Positions 1-13,985 of a stretch of 64,000 nucleotides of DNA are shown here, piece after piece. Location of the stretch: the NCBI GenBank assembly GCA_964016885.1, contig OZ024754.1, forward strand, positions 15,810,001 to 15,874,000, in the 5' to 3' direction. The translations under genes and the position numbers were made by a program. A model generated the notes under the pieces. It did not search any database. It had not been told where the DNA came from and was given only the letters and a program-made list of their open reading frames with translations. How positions within the stretch are numbered: the stretch's first letter is position 1; the number at the start of each line of letters is the position of its first letter. The DNA is from Eledone cirrhosa. Its lineage: Eukaryota.

Positions 1-433
1 GTGCATTTTATTGAGGCACCAATACTAACGCTTTACAGGGTGTACTGGGTGCATCGTATTGTGGCACCAGCACAAGAGAGGTTGTCATATTCTGAAGGCT
101 CTTTTCAGATTGAAAAGTCCTCTCAAACCTTATATTATCTCTGTTCAATCATCAAACACTGTAGCCTGTATTCTGTATATCTCCATCTACGTTGCTTTTC
201 ATCCATTTAACCCTTTATCACTCGCATTACTCTATATTTACTATTGTATTTTCATGGTAAAAGCTTTATCTCACATAATATGGAATCTATGAGATTTTGA
301 TTATATTTATTTTGAAAACAATATCTTAACATCGATATGAGCAGCCAGTTACAGCTGGTTTGAACAGAAAGAGGTGCGAGAATTCTGGTTTAAATGCTAA
401 AGTTTAAGGTCGATAAAAAGTACCAGTCTAGTA

Positions 434-1249
434 CAGTCGAGTCCGCTTAAGAGTGTACCCTCGGGAATGGAAAATAGTATACTCTTAACCAAACTATACT
501 CTTATCCGGACTAAGTAAAAATATTCCATAGTATTATTATTTTGAGTCTTTCAATGATTAAAAATCGCTTTATTATCGTTTAAAATGCATTTATAAGTAA
601 AAAAAATGAAAGTTACACCAAAAAATTCAACAAGAATTATTGCAAATTATAGATAAATTAAGCAATATTTCAACATATTGGTATGCAATTTTTATTTCCT
701 AAAAATAGTCCAAAATGCTTTTTTGCACTCGATTGCTCACAATTTTTTTTTTCAATCATTTCCTTCGATCTCAGACGGAGTATAATTTTCAAAATTTCCA
801 AACGATTGCATCATATAGGACCGTACAGTGAACAAATTTATTCCTTCTTTTCCAGGGATCTAAAATATTGATAAATGATTAAAGTTATGTTAGGTACCTA
901 TGCACATTCATATTATAAATGTAAAAATAATACATACTAACCTTTGAGTAATGGATAAAGCAGAGCGTTTCAAAGACATTTTTATGACACAATGAATTAT
1001 TATTTTTGTATTTGCATATATTAAACTTTAAATTGCTTTTAGAATGGTTGTATAAATGACATCATTGCATTTCATTTTGAATTGTTTTAAAATGGTTATG
1101 TTACATTATAAGCACAATTTACTTTACCATATTCATTATACTCTTAGTCGGACTAAATTATATAGAAAATATATAAACGGGAATTGATTATGCTATACTC
1201 TTATGCGAACTATACTCTTATCCGATATACTCTTAAGTGGACTCAACTG
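434..1249. mobile_element. Non-autonomous Tc1/mariner-pogo-type DNA element (MITE-like)
   Basis: Terminal inverted repeats CAGTCGAGTCCGCTTAAGAGT ... ACTCTTAAGTGGACTCAACTG are each flanked by TA. No intact ORF. It interrupts a SINE-like sequence (gtcgataaaaagtaccagtctagta | ctgggattg). Confidence 0.8.
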
Positions 1250-1493
1250 TACTGGGATTGATTCTTCCTCTATATCTCTTTCTCACTTCGTTTCTCTCAT
1301 TTTCTATCCTACTCTGGGAGAAATATGTTGTATTCAGACCTGGAGAGAGGAGATGAGCTCTGCCAGGTTTAAAAATGCCCTAGAAATGCTGTCTGTCAAT
1401 ATGGCGCCCCTATGACTCCCTCAGGAGTTACAGGGCCATACATACATATCTCCATTATTTCTGACAGTTTTTTTTTTGTTTTTTTTTTTGTAG

Positions 1494-1629
1494 TTATCAA
1501 CCTGTGAAACGACTGTATGTTTGGTGCCAAGGATGTTCTCATGGCGGTCACCTTCATCACATTATGGACTGGTTCCAAGAAAATAAGCAATGTCCACGTG
1601 GTTGTGGCCATTATTGTGAATATTCTTGA
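1494..1629 (+). CDS. WDR24: Terminal coding exon of GATOR2 complex subunit WDR24 (C-terminal zinc/RING-like domain)
   Basis: Poly-T tract plus TAG acceptor at 1491-1493. Translation is [44 protein letters not shown], matching the recalled WDR24 C-terminus ([18 protein letters not shown]...CPAGCGHLCEYS). Stop TGA at 1627-1629. Upstream exons lie outside the window. Not present in the ORF track. Confidence 0.92.
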
Positions 1630-1666
1630 CCTTTGAAAGTGCCACATGTTCACACTGTAAATTTTG

Positions 1667-1672
1667 AATAAA
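1667..1672 (+). terminator. Candidate polyadenylation signal of WDR24
   Basis: AATAAA 38 nt after the stop codon, followed by T-rich sequence. Confidence 0.5.
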
Positions 1673-2391
1673 TATCTATCTTAGTTTTTTAATAATTTTT
1701 AATAATTTTTTTTTTTCATTTAGAATTCAAGGAATGACTTTGAATTAAAATATTTAAATCCAAAATAATGAAAGAGAAAATCTGATGAACCCTTTAGCAT
1801 TTGCATTACTTTGTATATACTATTGTATTTTTGCAGTAAAGGCTTTACCTCACATAATATTGAATCTATGAGATTTGATATTATTTATGTTGAGAACAAT
1901 ACCTTAACATTGGTATGAGTGGCTGGTTATAGCCGGTTTGAACAGAAAGAGGTGAGAGAATTCTGGCGGAATATGGCCGGTTTAAATGCTAAAGGGTTAA
2001 AAGTTAAATTCCTGAGGTAATGCTTACCTCAATTGTGTGGATGTCTTCTCCAATATTATTTCTTTGATTTTTTTACTGATTAACTTCTATTGATCAATCT
2101 CTTTTGTAAATCATCTTCCTAATATAAACTGTATTTATATGTAAATAATATTATTATTATATAAATTATGTTTATTCATTATATAAATTGTTTATATCTA
2201 AATTCTCTTCATTATATATATTGTTTTTATATGTAAATTACATTCATTTTCTATATATCATCATCATTATCATTGCCGTTTAACACCCACCTTCCACACT
2301 AGCATTGTCCCATTTGAGGCAGGTTGGGTCAGGTGACCATATCCTGCTTGTACAGAACAGTTTCTGGCTAGATTTCTACAGCTGGATGCTG

Positions 2392-2424
<33 letters not shown>

Positions 2425-2494
2425 CTCAATCATATTAAACCATAAATAGCTTTATGAACATAAGGGCTAAAATCCAAATTTTCAGAGCTTCATG

Positions 2495-2880
2495 AAATGA
2501 AGCAAGCATGCTCCAATGGATGTGTAATGTCAATGTACGTGAACAACCAAGCATAGATGTGTTGAGAGTGAAACTGTGTATAAGAGGGATAGGTTGTAGT
2601 GTGCAGGAGAGAAGTCTGAGATGGTATGGCTATGTGATGCGCATGGAAGATGACCGCTGGGTAAAGAAGTGCCAAGAAATCCCAGTGGAAAGAAGACAGA
2701 GTAGAGGAAGACCACGAAAAACATGGGTGGTGATGGTGAAAGATGACCTCACCATGAAGAGATGAAGCTCACAGAGGAGATGACAAGGGACCGTGACGGA
2801 TAGAGAGATGATGTGCTGAAGGGGACCCGTCGAGGATCCGTCCCACCCTTCCAAGCAGGGAAAAGCGGACGTAAAATGAT
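2495..2880 (+). mobile_element. RTE-clade LINE 3' fragment
   Basis: Translation ...RSLRWYGYVMRMEDDRWVKK...RGRPRKTW is typical of the RTE ORF C-terminus; it ends in a short ATG-type repeat tail. Confidence 0.7.
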
Positions 2881-2940
2881 AATGATGATATAGTAAAACA
2901 AAACATAGCCAGCAAAAATGCATTTGAAGACAAACGCAAT

Positions 2941-2971
<31 letters not shown>

Positions 2972-3050
2972 GACAGAAGAGCTTTAATGACAATCAACAA
3001 CTTAACAACCATCCAGTTAGTAAACTAATCGACTGGGAAATTATAATAAT

Positions 3051-3680
3051 AAACTAGCTGGCTCCGTGCTGTCAAAAATAACTGCTTAGTGTAGATGTAT
3101 ATTTGTATATACCTTTCAACTGCGGTCGTTTTATATTCTTGATAATTCTAATTTATTTCGAAATTGCTAGGGACTTTGCTGCGTGGACAACACTTACACA
3201 CACACACAAAAAAAACACTCAGACACACATACACTCAGATACACATACACACAAAAACACACACACACTGACACTCACACACATATATTCACTCACATAC
3301 ACTCAAGCACACATGCACTCACACAAAAACACTCTACTACTTTGACGTTAAACTCCGCCAGGTGCATGCAGACTGCGCATCAACATGAGATATTTTTCTC
3401 CACAAAGATCAACTCGTGGTGTGAGTAAGTTATGCCTGGAAGGAAAGTTTGCTGGTAAGAGAAGCAGAGGCCGGCAGCCAAAATGATGGCTTGATAATCT
3501 CAACCTATGGACTGGACTTGATCTTTGCTCTTTAAACTCTGCTATTGGTGATCGAACTTTGCAGAGAAAAATATCTCATGTCGATGCGGAGTCTGCAACT
3601 GGCGGAGGTTAGCGTCAAAGTAGTAGATGAGTTACTTCCCTTTGCGTGAAGTACAAAAACACGAGCATTATATATTAGAT
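3051..3680 (+). mobile_element. Helitron/Helentron-like non-autonomous element with an internal inverted repeat
   Basis: Starts AACTAGC, ends ATTATATATTAGAT and contains a CA-rich microsatellite. An imperfect inverted repeat of about 70 bp pairs ~3335-3410 with ~3555-3627. Confidence 0.4.
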
Positions 3681-3992
3681 TGAAATGAAACCCAATATAT
3701 ATGTGTCTATATATGTATACAGTGGCGGACAGGAGATAAAGGGGGCCCACCCATATATAGAATGCTATAATTTAATTTTTATAATGAATAAATAATATTT
3801 TCAAAAAAAACAAGTGAAAATAAAACAATGCAATCAAATTTTTGCAGGAAAAACGTGTATTTCTTTTTAATAATTAAAGTGTATATATGCTGTACATGTT
3901 ACTGGCAGTATACGTAACACTAAATATTAATACAGAATGTTATAATTGAATTTTAAATTAATTGTGAATGTATAGTATACTGTTATTTAGAG

Positions 3993-4311
3993 CAGGGGTT
4001 CTCAACCCTTTTTTTCGCTGTGGACCACCAAAATAAGTAATTTTTTCCTGTGGACCACCTAAACTTTTAAATCTTTTGTAATAGAACTGCTACTTATAAG
4101 CATCAGTAGATGTTTTTTTTTCAATGAATTAGAAAATGCAATTATCATGTCGCAGTGCCTAAAAATCTACGCAAATAAACAGCTGAAGTCGTACTTATGC
4201 AAAGAATAAGAACAGCGCTTTAAGTCAAATGCATGGATCAAAAAAGAATTTGCTATTGAAAATTTTCTGTGGACCACTAGTGGTCCACATCGACCAGGTT
4301 GAGAACCCCTG
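3993..4311. mobile_element. hAT (Charlie-like) MITE
   Basis: TIRs CAGGGGTTCTCAACC / GGTTGAGAACCCCTG with a perfect 8-bp target-site duplication ATTTAGAG (3985-3992 and 4312-4319). Confidence 0.9.
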
Positions 4312-4504
4312 ATTTAGAGTAGAGTATGCAAGTGATCGTTGTTACCTTCTCCAATAAGAAATATATAGAACCTTGCGAAATATACACATCCAGAGACTTT
4401 CAATAATGACCTTTGGTCGTTCACACTCACTCAGTATATATATATGGGAGTGTGTGTATGTGTGTACATGTACATGTGTATATATAGATTTCATTTCATT
4501 TCAT

Positions 4505-4802
4505 TTTACGTCCGCTTTTCCCTGCTTGCAAGGGTGGGACGGGAACTGAATCTGGCTTGATTTCTACAGCTGGATGCCCTTCCTAAAACCAACCTCATTT
4601 ACAGTGAGTGCTGGGTGCTTTTTTGCAGTGGAATGATAGGGACTCCAGTCCCTATTATCTCATTTCTACAGCTGAGTAAACTGGAGCAATGTGAAATAAA
4701 GTGTCTTGCTCAAGGAAACAACACATCACACGGTTTGAGAATTGAACTCACAACCTTTCGATTGCAAGGCCAATGCTCTAACCACTAAGCCATGTGCCTC
4801 CA
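4505..4802 (-). mobile_element. tRNA-derived SINE (family B)
   Basis: The minus strand starts GGAGGCACATGGCTTAGTGGTTAGAGC...GAGTTCAATTC (Pol III A and B boxes). A second, headless copy lies on + at ~10093-10320. Confidence 0.7.
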
Positions 4803-5002
4803 TTTATATATATGTATACATACATGTTTTCAACTTGTACAAAAATTAGTTGGCGACTCATTCTTCTTAGGGACTTCAGACTGAAGAACTGATCACTAAT
4901 TGATTTTACATGTCTTTAACCCATTGATATCAACAATTATTTTGCCAGCAGCTCCTGTGTATGTGTACTGTGCCGATTGTGTTGTTATTTCTGTTTACCT
5001 TT

Positions 5003-5045
<43 letters not shown>

Positions 5046-5819
5046 CGAAGGAAGTGTGGTAAGGAACCATGTGGACCATAACGCACCAGAGTACTCAATA
5101 CTTAGGGTAGTAGGAAATTGTTCACGACCCCGACGGCAGAGCTTAAGCCGTTTTGGCGGCTATTTCTGGATTAAATTAGATTTTTAGCGTGGTAATAAAT
5201 AGCCGAACTTTTCCATATATGAGAAGATTGTTGTCAAAAGGATTGGTCAAAATTTCTTGTAAGCACAATTAAATCTTTCATGGCTGGCGGTGGGTGGGGG
5301 TGGCTGAACTTGCCTGTAGAACAGTGAGGGAGTGGGTGGAGCCGGTCAAGCGTTGAAAGTGAATTCTATACAGCAAATTCTAAGGAGTGTGGGTGAAATT
5401 AGGTTAGCTAGAAAGCAGACGAAAAAAGAATTCTGGAGGAATCTGAGAGTGGGAAGTTATAAAATGTTAATAGATTGAAATTAAAAAATTAAAAAATACT
5501 AAATAAAAGTAATATTAATATTGAATAAAAAATAAACTAGAGTCTAAAACAGCTGCTATATTTTTAGCTGGTACTGCGTTTTCGGCCATTGCTATATAGA
5601 ATTTACTGGGGTGGGGGTACTGAGGCTACAAAAGGCCAATGGGCTGCCTCAGGGTAGGCGGAAGAGGGAGTGGAAGGAAGTGAGAAGAAGAGATAAAGGG
5701 AAAAAAGAAAAGAAGTACATCTACCTATGTATGCTGGGGTTTGCCCTATCTTTTTCGGCAAGTGGGGAAAAGAAGGATGTTGCAGCCATTGTCTACCCAC
5801 CCGGGTCATGAGGGCGAGC

Positions 5820-6370
5820 TAAGTCCTACACATTCGGTGTTTACATGCGGTTTGTATTTTTTGTTTAGGAGTTGGTCCTTCGTGAACAACATTTGTATTG
5901 TTTCCTCCGAGCATAAGTTACACGGACGGCGTCCTCCTGTGTAGGAGTTAGCCCTGGAAAGTAAGCTCCAAGTAAGATGGTATGTGATCCTATTATCTTG
6001 GAGGTCCCAGATGTGGCCCAAAAGTGTAGTGGTATGTCGCCGGGCCGGGTTCTGAACGTATATCGGTGTTGGTAGAGCCGGGTCTTAAAGTCACAAGCAG
6101 TTAATCCTATATAGGCTTTGTTGGAGCTTTCCGTCCTCATGTTGCATTGGTAGATCACGTTACGTTCTCGGCATCTGTTGTTGAGGAGGCACGTAAATCT
6201 ATTAGGGCAGTTACACCTCCTGGTTAGCTCTCCACTAATGTCAAGGTTGTTTCTTCCGTAGGAGTTGAGTTTCTTGTTGTTTGAGGAGGCGATGTTTTGT
6301 TGTGGTGGGAAATGTACCACAACATAATCAACAAAACACTATCAAACTCTCCTACAGCACCGCACCCAAC
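5820..6370 (-). mobile_element. Penelope-like element fragment (GIY-YIG endonuclease), frameshifted
   Basis: CNC..CLL..C...NVIYQC...KAYIGLT...FKTRLYQH...LTWSLL...PCNLC. A short inverted piece (NKNTIKLSYSTAPN on +) sits at the 5' junction, ~6330-6370. Confidence 0.85.
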
Positions 6371-6374
6371 AAAA

Positions 6375-7520
6375 AAAAAAGACAGGAGAAAAGTTTTCAC
6401 ACTGAGATCAAGGTTTTTTTCAATAACTTTAACATAGTTTGGTGTGGGGTAGTTTGTTTAGTGTGGCGTGGTGTGCTTTGTCATAATGTCTTTCTCTCTA
6501 ATGTAAGGACTTTTATTTTCACTTTGATTTAAGTTGGGAAAAAATTTGTTTACCTTTGTTTTTTATGTGCTGTCAACTAATCCGACCTCCAAAATGCTTA
6601 CAATCGACTATTTTTTTAGCATATTAACAACAAATATGATTTCCACTGCAATCAAAAGTGACTAGCTTTGTGAATGGTCTTTCTGCCCACTTTCCGCCCT
6701 CTTTTTTCTACAAAGCTAGTTATTTACGACAGGTTTCAAAGTCATATTCATTGATAATATGTGAAAAATATAGTCAGTTGGGACTACCTTTAATGATATA
6801 GTCAATTGGGACTACCTTTAATGATATAATCAATTGGGACTACCTTTAAAAATATAGTCAATTGGGACTACCTTTTATGTCAGATTAGGTGGTAAGTACA
6901 CACACAAAAAAAAAAGAAACAGGAAAAAAACTGTTCACACTGAGATCAATGTAACTTGGTATGGTGTAGCTTAGTATGGTGTGGTTTGGTGTAGTTTAAT
7001 GTGGCGTGATCTGCTTTGTTATAATGTGTTTCCCTATAAAGTAAGGATTTTGATTTCCACTTTGGTTTAAGTCAGAAAAAAAATTTTTCCTTCGTTTTTC
7101 CATGTGCTATCAACTAATACAATTTCCAAGATGCTCGCAGTAGACTATGCTTTTAGCATATTAACAACAAATATGACTTCCACTGCAATAAAAAATGACT
7201 AGCTTTGTAAATGGTATTTCCACTCACAATCCTACCTCTTTTTTCTACAAAGTTAGTCATTTTCGACAGGTTTCCATGTCATCATCAGTGATAATATGTG
7301 CAAAAAATAGTCATTTGCGAGCATCTTTAATGTCAGATTGGATGGTAAGCACAAAAGAAAAACTGGAAGAATATTTGTCACATTGATGTCAATAGCCTGG
7401 TGTGATGTAAACGGTAGGAGTAGGTGTTCTGTAATAAATTTACCATGATATGGTGAAGTATGGTATAGTTTGATATGGTGTGCTTTGTTATAAGTAAGGA
7501 TTTGAATTTTCACTTTGATT
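6375..7520. repeat. Diverged tandem duplication of a ~530-bp unit (2 copies plus a partial third)
   Basis: 6375-6900 resembles 6905-7370 (shared ttttagcatattaacaacaaatatga.ttccactgcaa); partial third copy at ~7370-7520. A small internal ~27-bp repeat (atagtcaattgggactacctttaa) occurs about 4 times at 6770-6875. Confidence 0.75.
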
Positions 7521-7539
7521 TAATATAATGATATAATGA

Positions 7540-8570
7540 AATTATTGTGTAAAGTGCTCAGGTGCACTACAACTTGTCAAAGATGCATGTATAGTACATA
7601 GAATAATATACAAATGTCAGGGAAGTGAATAGTGTATGGAAGGGGAATATTAGGTGTAGTGTTGGCGAATCTCAGGAAACATGGAGGTTTTAAAGTATGC
7701 AGTGTCTCGACAGCTAATAACTTATGCAGGTAGTTTGTTCCATGCTTCAGCAACTCTGAGCGTGAAAAAATGTTTCCGAAAGTCATGGGAACTGTGCTGT
7801 TTTCTGACTTTGTGGGCATGCCCACATGTGTTAGACACATGGAAATCAAAAAGGTACTCAGGGTTGTTGTTGGCAAGATGGTTAATAATTTTGTGGGTGT
7901 TTACCAAGTCAGTTGCCAGACATCGGAGCTTCAATGTATCCATGCCCAGGGAAGCAAGGTGTTCAGAGTATGGTAGATGCCTGATGGAGGATATTCGCTT
8001 GGTTGCACGTCTCTGAACAGTTTCCAGGCGATCAATGTTCTGAGCAAGATAGGGTTTCCAGACTGGTGATGCAAATTCTAAGTGTGGCCGCACCATAGCT
8101 ATGTACAGCTTTAAATAGATAGCTGGAGAGTGGCTGACAAAGGTCTTGTTGAGTGATGCTAAGACACCCTCGGCCTTCTTGACAATTTTAGAGACGTGCT
8201 TCGTCCAACGCAAATCGCTGCTGACCATAATGCCCATGTCACGTTCACAAGAAGACTTCTTGATATCAGTGTTGTGGAGGGAGTATGTGGACGCTGGGTT
8301 TTTTCTCCCAAAATGCATGGTGGTGCACTTGTCCACAGCCAGCTTGAGTTGCCAGTCTGTGATCCATTGTTGCATTGTGTCCAGGTCAGATTGCAGGCAA
8401 GATCTATAGTGTTCAGGATCTGTCCTTTTTATCTCAAGGTACAGCTTGATGTCATCTGCATATTTCAGTACTGTGGCATTCTTTAAGTTGGCATCTATGT
8501 CATTAATATATGCCACAAACAAAAGGAGGCCAAGAACAGATCCCTGTAGTACACCAGATGACATCTCATA
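7540..8570 (-). mobile_element. CR1/L2-clade LINE 3' fragment (reverse transcriptase)
   Basis: ORF 7722-8564 has SGVLQGSVLG, YADD, VRPHLEFASPVW and FFTLRVAEAWNKLP motifs; 5'-truncated. Confidence 0.92.
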
Positions 8571-8579
8571 TGATGATTA

Positions 8580-9070
8580 TGTCAGTGTATGAGTCAGTGT
8601 CAGTATTTGTGTTAGCATTAGCGTTTACGACAACCTTTCCCTTTAGTATCTGCCTCAGCATTTGCATCAGCGTTAGCGTTAGTGTTAGCATTTCCGTCAA
8701 CCTTTCCTTTGGCGTCCGCATCATGGTTGCCTTTCCGTCAGCGTTAGCTTTGGCGGTAGTGCCCGCGTCAGCATTTGCGTCAGCATCAGTGTTTGCGTTT
8801 CTGTTTCTCTACCTCAGCATTTGCATCAGTGTTTGTGTTAGCAATTGTGTCAGAGTTTGCATTAGTGTAAGTGTTTGCGTCAGTGTCAGCATTGTTGTCT
8901 TGTTAGTGTTATTGGGTGTTAATGTTTGTGTTAGTGTTCAGGTTATTATGAGTGTTAGTGTTAGTCTTAGTCTTTGTTTTATGTTAATGTTAGTGCTAGC
9001 ATTAGTGTTTGTGTTAGTGTTCAGATTAATGTTAGCTTAGGTTTCTGGTTAGTGTTCTGGTTAGTGTTCG
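8580..9070. repeat. Low-complexity GTTAGT/GTCAGC-type hexamer repeat
   Basis: Degenerate 6-nt periodicity, which also explains the hydrophobic 8510-9040 ORF. Confidence 0.7.
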
Positions 9071-10344
9071 TCTTCAAAATGTTTTTAAATAAACATACAG
9101 TATATTATCAAATTTACTATATATACATTTCAGAGCTATTTCAGAGCACTGATGCAAATTCCTGATTTTTGACCGACAACTGCTCTGCTTAATCAGCTCC
9201 TAAATATCAATGGAATTCTATAAGGATCCAGCTTCTATAAGTCTCGGTAGAAGCGGGGGGATAAGCAATCTTGATAACCATTAACAAACGAGAAACAGCT
9301 GTCAGTTGCTTCCCTTTGTTTATTGCTCAGACTAAGTAAGTGACATAGTCACTACTTTAAAACTCATAGCGAATGGTCTTCAAAATGGTTTTAAATTATC
9401 ATACAGTATATTATCAAATATACTATACATACATATATATATATAGAGAGAGAGAGAATTAATACATCTACCAACATATGCGTACAGATGTACACTAATG
9501 CTAGTAAATATATAAGTTATGTCAAAGTACCTAGGTGGTTCAATGCAGGGGGATGCAGAACAATTATATGAAAGACGTAAAATAAGAAAATTTTAAAAAT
9601 TTAAAGTTAACTTACTTACTAAAATTTTCACTCCAACTAATTAGTTTCTGTAATGGGATAAATATAGTTACACAATGTAACTATCGAGAATTCATTATGT
9701 CATCAGGGAGTCTATTCTCAGCTAAGTTCCCAGGCAATGCGCGGACACTAGGAACCCATATAAAAATAATAATTCAGTGGATGTAATAAGCTAGCGGGGA
9801 CTAAATTCCATAGCACTGAAAAAGTTCACTGCCTCTGGTCAGTGGTGGATTCTAAAGAATCAATCACGTGACACTGAGGTTAGTCGGTAGGAGTGGGGTG
9901 GTATTATGACAAGAGCCTACTACTACTACTATGAATTAGCAGTAGATTTGGCAAGTTTGCTCAACAAATATATATATATAGTTTTAATATAGATGAGATT
10001 CTACAGGACTAGAACTGTTTCATTCTTTAGAAATCATCATGTGTGTGTATATGTATATATATATATGTATGTGTATGTGTATATATATATATTTCCTTGA
10101 GCAAGACACTTTATTTCACATTGTTCCAGTTTACTCAGCTGTAAAAATGAGATGATAGGGACTGAGGTCCCTATCATTCCACTGCAAAGTGGTCGTGGAG
10201 GTGCCATGGCAAAAAAGCACCCAGCACTCACTGTAAATGAAGTTGGTATTAGGAAGGGCATCCAGCTGTAGAAATCAAGCCAGTATCAGTTCCCGTCCGA
10301 CCCTTGCAAGCGGACGTAAAATGATGATGATGATGATGATGATA

Positions 10345-10722
<378 letters not shown>

Positions 10723-10770
10723 GAATAACGAAAAGCGAAGTAGTTTCAGATGTTCAAGTCTTTTAATAAT

Positions 10771-10958
10771 AATTGTTTCTACTTTAGGCACAAGGCCAGC
10801 AATTACTCAGTATATTACTGGTACTTTATTTTATCGACCCCGTAAGGATGAAAGGCAAAGTCAACCTCGGCGGGATTTGAACTCAGATCGTAAAGGGATG
10901 TAACTATGCTGGAAAGTATGGCGTCCGACCCTCTACTGATACTGCCAATCCACCGTCC
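10771..10958 (-). mobile_element. tRNA-derived SINE (family A), representative copy
   Basis: Head GGTGGATTGGCAGTATCAGTAGAGGG...GAGTTCAAATCCCGCCGAGG (A and B boxes), tail GTCGATAAAATAAAGTACCAG...AAAGTAGAAACAATT. Further copies at ~11402-11584, 12626-12816, 38958-39135, 53460-53632, 57415-57620, 58655-58750 and 60915-61010. Confidence 0.85.
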
Positions 10959-12062
10959 TAGTCCATAGTTGACCATTAGCTACCGCAGATTTCAACGAAA
11001 TTCGCTTAGTCAGTTCCCCCTCTCAGCCAAACAATGACCCAGTCAAACCTGCACCCTAGTTTACTGCTACCCATCCCCTCTGTGGCAGTCAGCTGAAGGC
11101 CAGTGGGGATGGGAGAGTGTTAGTATTTACAGCTCTCTTTACTACCTCTCACTAAGCATGAACAGTATAACTAACCATAAACCCCTAAGAGAATATATTT
11201 AATTCTATGTATCATGGTTTTATATTGGAAGTTATAAGTGAAATTAGAACTAAAAATTACAATTTGAAATCGAAAATCCTAAATCAAGTATCAGAAATTA
11301 GAAATTAAAAAATTAACAATTAGAAATTAAACAATTAAAAAAATTTTCAAGTGAGAATCCGGATTGAGGTGAGTAAAAAAATATAGATTGAAGTGAGTAA
11401 ATAATTGTTTCTACTTTAGGCACAAGGCCAGCAATTACCCAGTGCATTACTGGTACTTTATTTTATCGACCCCGTAAGGATGAAAGGCAAAGTCAACCTC
11501 AGCGGGATTTGAACTCAGATTATAAAGGGACGTAACTATGCTGGAAAGCATGGTGTCCGACCCTCTACTGATACTACCAATCCACGAGTAAATAATATGC
11601 AGAGAGATGTTTAAGTAAGAAGTTCTGAAAGGGGTCCTAATGTTACAGTTACCCTATCTATATACTGAACGATGGTACCCTACAGTAGAACTGAGGGTAA
11701 ATTACAGTATGAAAGGTAGTAGTTAATCGGGTACATTGTCATAATTTCCATCACATGGAACAAAACCAATAAAAACATATATAAAGTTTCAAGGGCGATG
11801 CCCCAGCATGGTCTCAGCCGGATGGCTGAAACAGGTAAAAGAGTAAAGTACACAAAAGAAAAGAACCAATGAATGAATGAATGCAAAAACACAGAGTACA
11901 TATATGCAAAATGATATATATATATGTATATGTATATATATATATGTGTGTATATGTGCGTGTATATGTATATATGTGTGTGTATATGTATGCGTGTATG
12001 TATGTATATATATATATATGTATATATATATGCGTATGTATGTATATGTGTATATCTTTATG

Positions 12063-12131
<69 letters not shown>

Positions 12132-12321
12132 ATATGTATATAAATGTATATGTATGTATATGTATGTATTTGTATGTGTGTATATATATGTGTGTGTGTA
12201 TATATATATGTATGTGTGTGTGTGTATGTATATGTGTATATGTATGTGTATGTGTGTATATATGTTGTGTGTATATATATATATATATGTATGTATATGT
12301 ATGTATGTGTGTGGGTGTGTG

Positions 12322-12362
<41 letters not shown>

Positions 12363-13189
12363 AAATCTACCAAAAGTTTACGGTAGTGTCCAATCCGTAT
12401 GAAGAACTTAATGTAATCCGGATATCATGAAAAGAGAAGATGCATTCAAAAACTACTTTCGGTGAAAAATAAACGGAAAACAGAGTCAAGATAAATTATT
12501 AAAAAAATAATGAATAAACAAAGAAACAGTTCCTTATATTAAAAAAAATTTCATTATTTTACGATCGTTTCTAGGATATATATGTGTTAGAGTTGGTATG
12601 CATATTCTATAGATCTATGTACAATAATTGTTTCTACTTTTGGCACAAGGCCAGCAATTATTCCAGTGTATTACTGGTACTTTATTTTATCGACCCCGTA
12701 AGGATGAAAGGCAAAGTTAACCTCGGCGGGATTTGAACTCAGACCGTAAAGGACCATAACTCTTTGCTGCAAAGCATGGTGTCCGACCCTCTACCGATAC
12801 TGCCAATCCACCGCCCTAGATCTATGTACAATAATGATACTTGTTTATTGATAAGAACAAAGATTCAATACAATAGGTCTGTTTGGGAACAGGTTTTGAA
12901 TTGACCAATCAGGAGATAGTGAGGGTCAAGATAGTGATATAGAATTAGTAGAACCTTAAATTATGGGTAGAGGAAGGTAGATTTCAGTTTTGGATGGAAA
13001 AGAGTATTATGAATGAAGGATTACTTTAGGGAAGAAGTAGGTCATATGTTGACCTCAGAAATAATTTTATTTGTTCATTGAATACAACCAACAAAGATTA
13101 AATATATTCTGTGTGTATGTATGTATATATATGTATATATATATATATACACATATACACATGTACACATACATACACACACACACACA

Positions 13190-13246
<57 letters not shown>

Positions 13247-13252
13247 ACATAT

Positions 13253-13285
<33 letters not shown>

Positions 13286-13449
13286 AATACATATATATAT
13301 ATTTTTTTACATTCACATACATACACACATACATACATACACACTTATATACACACACATCCACACTTACATATACATATATTTATTGGGGGGGGGGGAT
13401 TAAATTTATTAGTGGGAAATAGTAAATATATATAGGTTTAAAGGAACAT

Positions 13450-13985
13450 AGAGTCATAACCTGAAGTTAAAGCATTATATATGTTTACTTAATGGTATCA
13501 GTTTTAGGAAATGATATTTGTAAGAAGGAAAGCCAAATTATGTAGTTCATCAGTAGTAGAATATTAATTATAGGTTAACTAAAATAAAAATAGTTTATAT
13601 ATTAATTTCTAAGGTGTATATTAATTAGGTTTATAATATTTAAAGCAGAATTATGTAGTTCATCAGTAGTAGAATATTAATTATAGGTTAACTAAATTAA
13701 AAATAATTACATATGTTTCCTTAATGGTATCAGTTTTAGGAAATGATGTTTGTAAGAAGGAAAGCCAAATTATGTAGTTCATCAGTAGTAGCATATTAAT
13801 TATAGGTTAACTAAATTAAAAATAGTTTATATATTAATTTCTAAAGTGTATATTAATTAGGTTTTTAATATTTAAAGCAGAATTTTGTAGTTCATCTGTA
13901 GTAGAATATTAATTATAGGTTAACTAAATTAAAATTAATTTATATATTAATTTCTAAAGTGTATATTAATTAGGTTTATATTTAA
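13450..13985. repeat. AT-rich tandem repeat with ~110-130 bp subunits
   Basis: gtagttcatcagtagtagaatattaattataggttaactaaa recurs four times. Confidence 0.85.

Noticed and set aside
1396-1653. 85-aa minus-strand ORF
   Set aside because: It is the antisense shadow of the WDR24 terminal exon on the + strand.
8510-9040. 176-aa hydrophobic ORF resembling a membrane protein
   Set aside because: It comes from a degenerate hexamer low-complexity tract and has no splice or homology support.
10860-10958. tRNA gene (A and B boxes)
   Set aside because: No complete cloverleaf is evident, and the sequence is the head of a multi-copy SINE.
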